DNA of 64,000 nucleotides from the human T2T-CHM13v2.0 reference genome, Homo sapiens: NCBI RefSeq assembly GCF_009914755.1, contig NC_060928.1, one strand, 5' to 3'. A program made the translations under genes and the position numbers. The notes under the pieces were generated by a model. It saw nothing but the letters and a program-made list of their open reading frames with translations. It made no database searches and was not told the DNA's origin. Positions 54,421 through 64,000 of the stretch are shown here, piece after piece (the stretch's first letter is position 1; the number at the start of each line of letters is the position of its first letter).

Positions 54421-55584
54421 AAATTTGAATGAATACTAAGGTTTGAAAACAATTGATCTAAGAATGGGGCAGCTGAAATAGAGCAGCAATAGCTACTATT
54501 CAGTTCAAGAAGTTGAAGAGGTGACAGTTTTGAGAAGATGATGAATTAATTTATTTTCTTTATATCTTTCATTGAGAAGATATACATTATGACAAAACTT
54601 GAGTGAGAGAAAAAAGAAAGAGAAAGCAAGATTAAGAGACTGCTTATTGAAACGCAATACTGGAACTTTGGTTAGAAGTGATAGCAGACAATAAGGAGAA
54701 TGCTGATTTCCTTTCCTGGACATAGAAATAGAAGGTGCACTATGTTTAGAGGGAGGTCTGAGGGAAGTAGCTGTTTTATACCTAATTTCATAAAATGTGA
54801 AGAGGTTGAAATTGTGTTTAAGAAGATTGTTAGGAAATGTAACACCTTGTAACAAAAAAGGAAGGATACAGAAGCCACTGTGAAGGAGCATAGAAATTGT
54901 GATTTCCAAATAATTTAGAAAGTAAATAAAGTTTATTTTTGTAAGATTTTCTTTTTTAAAATATAGATTAACTGCTCTCATTAAGTATCCCAGGAAAAAC
55001 TCACTATTATAGTTAATTAATTTCTTTTCTGCATGAAATCAATGCACTGAATTTAGCTCCACTTTAAATTATAGAAATTTCACTAAAATACGTATAAATA
55101 AATTGCTAGTAGTAGTATATGGATTTCTATCTCTATTTTTATTAAAATCTCTTTAGCATGGAAGAAGTTGGTTCTTAATTGCTTTAGGTAATTGCTTCTT
55201 TCCTGATTACATTACCAAATAATTTATTACAGACAAAATTAAATGGATATTGATTACAGCCCTCTGAATTTTATAATTAATTTTACGATTTAAAAATGGA
55301 AGTTTAAGCTAAGTTTTGGATTTGCTGTCCAATTCTTTCATCCCTTTACTTGTATAATGTTGTCAAATTGCAGTCAAACCAGTCCTATAAAATGATCCAG
55401 AGGTAAAATTAAAAAAAATTAAAAATAAAACAAAACTGAATGAGATAGAGGACAAGAAAGAGCCAAAGTTTCTGGGAGAAGATGGAAAGGATAGAAGGAA
55501 GGAAATTCAGGATATCTTAAAAAGGAACAAAAAAGGAAGCTTTCGTTTGTTCATGTGTTTGCTTGTTTGTTTGGTTGGTTTTTG

Positions 55585-58500
55585 GTTTTTATTTTTAATT
55601 TTTGTGGATACATAGTAGGTGTATATATTTATGGGGTACATGAGATGTTTTGATGCCAGCATGCAATGTGTAATCACCACATCAGGGTAAGTGGGGTATT
55701 CATTACCTCGAGAATTTATCCATTCTTTGGTTTATAAACAACCCAAATATGTTCTTTTAGTAATTTTAAAATGTACAATAAATTATTGTTGACTGTAGTC
55801 ACTCTCTTGTACTATAGAATACTAGACCTTATTCATTCTAACTATAGTTTTGTACCCATTAATTATCCCCCCCTCCCCTGCCAATATCCCTCCCAGCCTC
55901 TAGTAACCATCATTCTACTCTCTCTCTTCATGAGTTCATTTTTTTTTTTAATTTTTAGCTCCCACAAATAAGTAAGATCACGCAATGTTTGTCTTTCTGT
56001 GCCTGGCTTATTTCACTTAACATCATGACCTCCAGTTTCATCCATGTTGTTGCAAATGACAGGCTGTCATTTTTTATGGCTGAATAGTACTCCAGTGTGT
56101 ACATTTTCATTATCCATTCTTCTTTCAACGGACAATTTGGATGATTCCAAATCCAGACTATTGTAAACAGTGCTGCAACAAACATGGGAGTGCAGATATC
56201 TCTTTGATACACTAATTTCCATTCTTTTGGGTATATATTTAGTGGTGGGATTGCTGAATCATATGGTAGCTCTATTTTTAACTTTTTGAAAACCTCCAAA
56301 CAGTTTCCCACAGTGGCTGTATTAATTTACATTTCTACTAACAGTTTATAGGAGTTCCCTTTTCTCCACGTACTCACCAGCATTTGTTATTGCCCATCTT
56401 TTGAATAAAAGTCATTTTAAGTGGGGTGAGGTGATATTTCATTGTAGTTTTGATTTGCTTCTCTTATGATCAGTGATGTTCAGCACTTTTTCATATACCT
56501 GTTTGCCATTTGTGTGTCTTTTTTGAGAAATGTTTATTCAGATCTTTCACCAATTTTTAATCAGATTATTAGATTTTTTTCCTATTGCATTATTGGAGCT
56601 TCTTATGTATTCTGGTTCTGAATTCCTTCTCAGAATGGTAGTTTGCAAATATTTTCTTTCATTCTTTGGGTTATCTCTTCAGTTTGTTGATTATTTCTTT
56701 TGCTGTGCATAAACTTGTTAACTTGATGTGAGCCCATTTGTCCACTTTTGCTTGGGTTGCCTGTGCCTGCAGGATATTATTAAAGAAATCTTTGCCCAGC
56801 CCAATGTCCTGTAGAGTTTCCTCAATGATTTATTTTAGTAGTTTCACAGTTTGAGGTCTCAGACTTAAGACTTTAATCCATTTTGATTTGATTTTTGTAT
56901 ATAGTGAGAGATAGAGGTCTAGTCCATTCCTCTGTATATGGATATGCAGTTTTCCCAGTACCAAGAGATTGTGCTTTCCTTAATATATGTTCTTGGCAGT
57001 TTTGTCAAAAGTAACTTCACTGTAAATGTGCAGGTTTTTTGTGGGTTCTCTTTTCTGTCCCCTTGGTCTATGTACCTGTTTTATGACAGTACCATGGTAT
57101 CAGTTTTTATGAGAGTACCATGCTGGTTTTGTACTGTATCTCTGTTATATAATTTAAAGTCATGTAATATATTTCCTCCAGTTGTATTATTTTTTCTCAA
57201 GATAGATTTGGCTATTCTGGGTCTTTTGTGGTTCCATATAAATTTTAAGACTATTTTTTCTATTTCTGTGAAGAATATCATTGGTATTTTGATAGGAATT
57301 TCATTGAATCTGTAAATTTCTTTTAATAGTATGAACATTTTCACATCATCGATTCTTCCAATTTATGAACATGGAATATCATTCCATTTCTTGTGTCCCT
57401 TTTAATTTTCTGCCTCAGTGTTTTATAGTTTTTATTGTATAGATTATTCATTTATTTGACCACGTTTATTCCTATGTGTTTTATTTTATTCATAGCTATT
57501 ATATATGGGATTACTTTCTTGATTTCTTTTTCAGATTGATCAATGTTGGCATATACAAATATTACTGATTTTTGTATGTTGATTTTGTATACTGCAACTT
57601 TACTGAATTTGTTTATCAGTTCTAATAGTTTTTTTTTGGAGTCTTTATGTTCCAAATATAAGATCATATTATCTGCAAACAAGGGTAATATGACTTCTTT
57701 CTCTTGTCTAATTGTTCTCTCTAGGACTTCCAGTCTTATGTTAAATAATAGTGGTGAAAATGGGCATCATTATCTTGTACCAGATCTTAGAGGAAAGCTT
57801 TCTGTTTTTCTTCTTTCAGTATGATACTAGCTATGGGTGTGTTATATATGGCTTTTATTGTGTTGAGATATTTTCCAACCAGATAGTTTTTTAAGGGTTT
57901 TTATTATGCAGGGATGCTGAATTTTATCAAGTGCTTTTACAGCATCAATTGAAATGATCACATAGTTTTTGTCCTTCATTCTGTTGATATATCATATGAT
58001 TGATTTGTATATATTGAACTATCCTTGGATCTCTGATATAAATCCCCCTTGGTCATAAGGAATGATCTTTTAAATGTGTTGTTGAATTCAGTTTGTTAGT
58101 ATTTTGTTGAGGATTTTTGCATCAATGTTCATCAGGAATATTGCGCTTTAGTTTTCTTCTTTTGATGTGTCTTTTTCTGGTTTAGGTATCAGGGTAACAC
58201 TGGCCTTATGGAATGAGTGTGGAAATTTTTCATTCTCTTCTATCTATGGGAATAGTTTCAGTAGAATTAGTATTAGTTCTTTAAATGTTTGGTAAAATTC
58301 AGCAGTGAAGCCAATGAGTCAAAGGCTTTTCTTTGTGGAGAGATGGTTGCTGTTACAGTTTTCATATTATTACTTGTTATTGGTAAGTGCAAGTAACAAA
58401 TGAGGTAAGTGAGGTTACCACTGGATTTCTTCGTAGTCCAATCTTGGTAGGTTTTATGTGTTCAGGAATTTATCCATTTCTTCCAGATCTTCCTATTTAT

Positions 58501-60945
58501 TAGTCCATAGTTGCTCATAGTAAGTTCTAATGATCCTTTGAATTTCTGCAGTATTCATTGTAATGTCTACTTTTTCATCTCTGATTTTTTAATTTGGGTC
58601 TTTTTTCTTTTTTTCTTAGTCTTGTTAAAGGTTTGTCAATTTTGTTTATCTTTTTAAAAAACAACTTTTAGTTTCATACATCTTTTGTATTTTTTTTGGT
58701 TTCATTTCACTTTTTTTTGCTCTGACCTTTAGTATTTCTTTTATTTTACAATTTGGCTTTCGTTTGCTTTTTCTTTTCTAGCTCTTTAAGATGCATCAAT
58801 ATTTACTTGAAACGTTTCTACTTATTTGATGTAGGTGACTATTGTTACAGACTTTCCTTTTAGTTCTGCTTTCACTGTATACCATAGGTTTTGGTATGTT
58901 GTGTTTCCATTTTACTTGTTTCAAGAAATTTTTCAATTTCCTTCTTAATTTCTCCATTGACCCACTGGTCTTTCAGATGCATAGTGTTTAATTTCCACTT
59001 ATTTGTATAGTTTCCAAAATTCCTCTTGTTATTAGTTTCTAGTTTCCCTCTATTGTGTTCAGAGAAGATGCTTGATCTTATTTCAATTTTTTAAAATGTT
59101 TTTAGAATTGTGTTGTGACCTAGCATACAGTCTATCCTTGAGAATGATTGATATGCTGATATTAAATGTATATTCTATAGCCATTAGATGAAATGTTTAT
59201 AAATATCTATTAGATCTATTTGATCTACAGTTCAGTTTAAGTCTAATGTTTCCGGGGTGATTTTCTGCCTGGAAGATTGCCGTCCATTGCTAAAAGTGGA
59301 CATGGGTGTTGAAGTCTCCAGCTAATATTGTATTGTGATCCATCTCTCCCTTTAACTCTAATAATATTTGTTTTCTACATTTGGGGTGCTCTAGTGTTGG
59401 AGGCATATATATTTATAGTTATTGTATCTATTCAAGGCACCAGTATTTTACACTCACAATTATAGTGTTATTCTGTGTACTTACTATAACCAGTGAGTTT
59501 TGTCTTTTCAGATGACTTCTTATTGCTCAGTAACATCCTTTTCTTTCAGATTAAAAAACTCTCTTTACAATTTTTTATAGAACAGGTCCAGGGTTGATGG
59601 GGTTGATGAAATCCCTCAGCTTTATTTTCACTTTTGTGGCTGGGGAAGTTTTTATTTCTCCTTCATGTTTGAAGGATATTTTTGCTGGATATACTATTCT
59701 AGGTTAAACTTTCTTCCCTCAGCACATCAAATACATCATGCCACTCTTTCCTGGCCTGTAAAGTTTCCAGTAAAAAGTCTGCTGATAGACATATTGGAGC
59801 TCCATTTTATGTTATTTCTTTCTTTTGCTTCTTTTAGGGTCATTTCTTTATCATTGACCTTTGGGGTTTGATCATTAAATTTCTTGAGACAGTCTTCTTT
59901 GGGTTATCTCTTCTCGGTGTTCAATATTCTTCTCGTATTTGAATGTTAATATTTTAGAATTCTCTATTATTCCTTTGAATAAACTTTCTGCCCCAATCTC
60001 TCTCTCTAGCTCTTCTTTAAGACCAATAACTTAGATTTGTCCTTTTGAGTCTTTTTCTAGATCTTGTCATTATGCTTAATTCTTTTTTATTCTTTTTTTT
60101 TATGTCTCCTCTGACTATGTATTTTCAAATATCCTGTCTTCAAGCTGGCTAATTATTCTGCTTGGTCAATTCTGCTGTTAAGAGACTCTAATGTCTTCTT
60201 CAGTCTGTCAGTTGCATATCTCAGCTCCAGAATTTCTGCTTGATTATTTTTAATTCTTTCAATCTTTTTGTTAAATTTATGTGATAAGATTCTAAAGTCC
60301 TTCTTTGTATTATCTTGAATTCTATTAAATTTCCTCAAAACAGCTATTTTGAATTATCTCTATGAAATGTCACATAACTCTGTCTCTCCAGCATTGGTCA
60401 CTGCTGCCTTATTTAGTTCATTTGGTAAGGTCATGTTTTCCTGGATTGTCTTGATGCTTATGGATATTCATTCATATCTGTGCATTGAAGAGTTGTAATT
60501 GTAATCTTTGCAGTCTGGGCTTGTTAGAACCCATCCTTCATGGAAACGCTTTCCAGGTATTCTCAGGGACTTGGGTGTTGTGATCTAAATCTTTGGTCAC
60601 TGAAGCCATATCTGCTTTAGGGGGCACTTGAAGCCCAGTAACACCATTGCTCTCATAGACATGTAGAGGTATCACCTTGGTGGTCTTGGGTCAGCTCCAG
60701 GAAATTCCCCTCGATCACCAGGTAAAGACTCTTGTTCTGTTCCCTTACTTTTCCCCAAACAAACAGAGTCTCTCTGTCTCTGTACTGAGCTGCCTAAATA
60801 TGTAAGAGGGGTGACACAGTATCCCTGTGGCCACCACCACTGGGACTACACTGGGTGAGACCTGAAGCCAGCCCAGCACTGAGTCTCACCTAAGGCCTGC
60901 AGTGATCACTGCTTGGGCTACTGCCTATTTTCACTCAAGGCTCAA
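55585..60945 (-). mobile_element. L1MA (MA2-4-type) with 3'UTR, ORF2 and ORF1 remnants
   Basis: 3' end tggatacatagtaggtgtatatatttatggggtacatgag. Peptides [36 protein letters not shown] (RT) and NQAEILEL (ORF1). Confidence 0.92.
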
Positions 60946-60947
60946 GT

Positions 60948-61110
60948 GCTAGGCATAGAAGAAACATACCTGAAAATAATAAAGACCATATACAAAACAC
61001 TCACAGCTAATACCATACTGAATTGGGAAAATTTGTAAGCATTTCTTCTAAGAACTAAAACAATACAAGGATGTCCACTTAGCATTAAGAGTTTTATAAG
61101 ACTAGACCAG
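60948..61110 (+). mobile_element. L1 ORF2 fragment, opposite orientation
   Basis: ctaggcatagaagaaacatacctgaaaataataaagaccatatac...acaaggatgtccact. Confidence 0.75.
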
Positions 61111-61450
61111 TATATTAGTTTGCTAGGGCTGCCATAACAAAGTACCACATATTAGATGTCTTAAACAACAGAAATTTATTTTCTCATACATGTGTATCCT
61201 AGAGGTCCAAGATTATGGTGTCAGCAGTGTTGGTTTCTTTTGAGGGCAATGAGAAAAGGATCAGTTTTAGGCCTCTCCCCTTAGATTTTAGATGGCCATT
61301 GATTCCCTGTGTCTCCACATCGTCTGCTCTCTGCATTTTTAGGTAACCAAATTTTCTCGTCTTATAAGAACACCGGACATATTGGATTACAGCCCACCAT
61401 AGTGACCTTATTTTCACTTAAATACCTCTTTAAGATTCCATCTTTAAAGA
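61111..61450 (-). mobile_element. MLT1A-C LTR
   Basis: tatattagtttgctagggctgccataacaaagtaccac. Confidence 0.85.
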
Positions 61451-61455
61451 TTCCA

Positions 61456-61625
61456 GGCTGGGCACTGTGGCTCATGCCTGTAATCCCAGCACTTTGGGAG
61501 GCTTAGGTAGGAGGATCCCTTGAGCCCAGGAATGCAAGTTTGCAGAGAGCTATGACTGAACCACTGCACTCCAGTCTCTGGGTGACAGAGCAAGATGCTG
61601 TCTTAAAAATAAATAAATAAATAAC
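61456..61625 (+). mobile_element. Alu monomer (FRAM/FAM-like)
   Basis: Single ~150-bp arm with a (TAAA)n tail. Confidence 0.85.
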
Positions 61626-63669
61626 ATTTTAAAAGGTCATTTTACCTCCAGACTAAGATGCAAAAATAACAATTCTTGCTTGTCTCATGCATATATAATT
61701 ATGAAACTTCAGAATCTTTTCTGATTTTTGGAGGCTTGAAGAAGATGCGCTGAGGAGCATCAAAACATAAGATTTAGTATAGACTGTGACATCTGCATTG
61801 GCATTAAATTGCAAAAGAAAAAAGAAGGATACCACACCCAAGCCAGGGTCATGAAAAATATACGCCAAGAGGATTCATTAAATAAAGATATTACATGGTG
61901 ATGTTGCATCCATAAAATGAAATATTAAGTAGTTATTTAAAATTTTGTCTCCAAAATATCTTATAACCTTAGAAAATGTTACTAACAGGTTAAATGGGAA
62001 AAGTATGCTCTTAATCTGAGAAAGGGTGGATTAATAAATAAAATATATTAAATTTGACCATTTACCACTTAGGTCTTGGAAAATTTTCATATTTACTGTT
62101 GTCTTGATCCACTGCATAGGGTACTACTGAAACAAAATCTGTTACACAGCCCTTCAAGGTATGTCTAACTTGTGTCTTAGACCCAGAACAAACTTAGAAT
62201 TTATTGCTATGCATTGAAAATTAGAGCCAACTGAGTTGTATCTAGTTGTATATAAGCTCTTACTCTTGCTATTTTGTAAAGGAAATTAGCTACAAGGATG
62301 CTGAATTGAAAATGCTATCCTGATTATTCATCCTTTGGGCCTTAAGACTTTTTGATTTTCCAAGGCCACTGAAAGCTAAAGATTATAAATGCTTGATAGC
62401 ACACACACATAAAAACATTGCTGTTGTATCTATTAATCAACTGATTTTTTTTAAAGGCCGCATAGGAGACTGCAACTTAGTGTACAAAGAACAGAAGTTA
62501 TTGTTGGGTTTTGTGTTGCTTTGAACACTCAATTCTTGATGACAATACTCTCTTGGAAATGAGGTCAGTTCAAATGGTTAATTTTTATAAAAATTCGATA
62601 TGAGAATCTGGAACTTTTAATAAACTTCAAATAAATTGTAATCATTTCTAAGCCTGCTGGGGAGTCGCTATTTTGATGATGTTCAGGTCATGACATATTT
62701 CTAAAGTCAAAGTTGATGGTAAATGATTATGGAGCTGATTTGCCCGTCTGTTTTGCCTCCAGCATTTCTCTGTGTATTACAGAAGCCAATTCAGAGGTTT
62801 CAAGTATCATATTTTGGGGACCCTTTTTATTCTGACTCCTGAAAAAATATGATGGGAATGGCTGTTTTCCTTCAAATCTTAAAACTTACAGAAATCTCAT
62901 TTCTGAAGTTTATGAGAAATGGCCAGATGATTATTGAAAACCCCCTCAAAAGTCAACATCAGGCACTTAAAAATTAGCAATATTTCCTATTTCCTAAGAT
63001 CAGAATAAATATAGAAAAAATTAACAATGGGCAACACAGGATGCTAGCCAATCAGGTCAGAGTCCCTAGGAACCAATCACAGCTAGCTCTAGCCCTAAAC
63101 AAGCAAGAGAATTTTCCTGAAACATACCAGCTAACTATCAGGCCTATTTAGGATTCTGGCAAATGTGTCTACAAATACTCATCCTTCTATGTGACTTTGA
63201 GAAAGTCATTACATTCTTTGAACCACTGTTTTGTTTTCTTTCTGTGTCCTGTATCCATGGGATTGTTGTGTGATTAAAATATAAATAGATAATTTAACAA
63301 GACAATATCTATCAAACCCTGAACACATAACCATGCATGGATTGCGTAAATATATTTGTAAATTTGTACATTAGAAGTTTCTCAAGTGCTTTCTCATTTG
63401 ATGTGGAGATTTTTATTGCAAAAAGAATACTTGAATTTACTAAGAATAAGAGACTATAAACACATCTGAATGTTATGAAGATATTGATTATTTTCTCCTT
63501 TGAATAATTTTCCCAGATGCTGCTTTGCTTAAGAAGAGCCAGAAATTATAAGATGTCTTGACAAATAAAAATTAAAGCTGGAGTTCCATTACTATTCTGT
63601 TGTGTTTGATTGACTTAAGGAATAAATATTTTGAAAACATTTAATAATGATAGCAATAACAACAATAGT

Positions 63670-63900
63670 ATTAGTAAATACCTATATAGTTATTATAATG
63701 TTTCAGGCACTATTTTACGTGATTTTCATACATTCCACTCTTGTTTAATCTTGACTATAAAATAGTCATCCTAATTTTATTGATAAGGAAACTGAGGAAC
63801 AAAGATTAAGGCATTGTGACCAAGATCCTAACTCCCAATAGGTGCTAGAACTAAGTCTTGAACCCAGTTAGTCTGATTCCAGAGTCTATGTGCCTGACAA
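63670..63900 (-). mobile_element. MIR
   Basis: ttttattgataaggaaactgagg...ttgaacccagttagtctgattccagag. Confidence 0.75.
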
Positions 63901-64000
63901 CTTCACCGTTTTTCCCATAAGTATTTCCACTTGCCAGAAACTTTGAAAATATTTTTCATTTATCTTATAGCACTGATGCTCAGATAGAATCCCATATCAC

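Noticed and set aside
54505-54981. 158-aa minus-strand ORF
   Set aside because: Phe/Leu-rich translation of AT-rich sequence, with no motif or splice support.
46474-57824. Reverse-transcriptase/endonuclease-like peptides
   Set aside because: Fragmented L1 ORF2 remnants with many stops and frameshifts. They are neither an active element nor a domesticated gene.

Overview
Repeat-dense, AT-rich primate (human-like) intergenic or intronic DNA. I recognise no protein-coding gene, RNA gene or CpG island. The supplied ORFs are decayed L1/HAL1 ORF1/ORF2 pieces, Alu or LTR translations, or chance ORFs. The window is mostly transposon fossils: HAL1, old L1M and L1PA elements, Alus, L2/MIR, MaLR elements (THE1, a near-complete MSTB-type provirus, MSTA, MLT1), ERV solo LTRs (MER52, MER50-like, LTR2, MER9 and others) and DNA transposons (MER30, MER6A). 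Family names come from recalled consensus sequences, not from a search. The main observation is a young complex rearrangement at 23.05-27.02 kb. A ~634-bp inverted duplication with only two differences that I could find brackets a 2.44-kb spacer. A MER9 LTR there is broken into three re-ordered, re-oriented pieces, and its 6-bp target-site duplication is now inverted. This pattern fits replication template switching (FoSTeS/MMBIR) and leaves a cassette that could re-invert. I see no evidence for a new enzymatic or genetic system beyond this structural variant.
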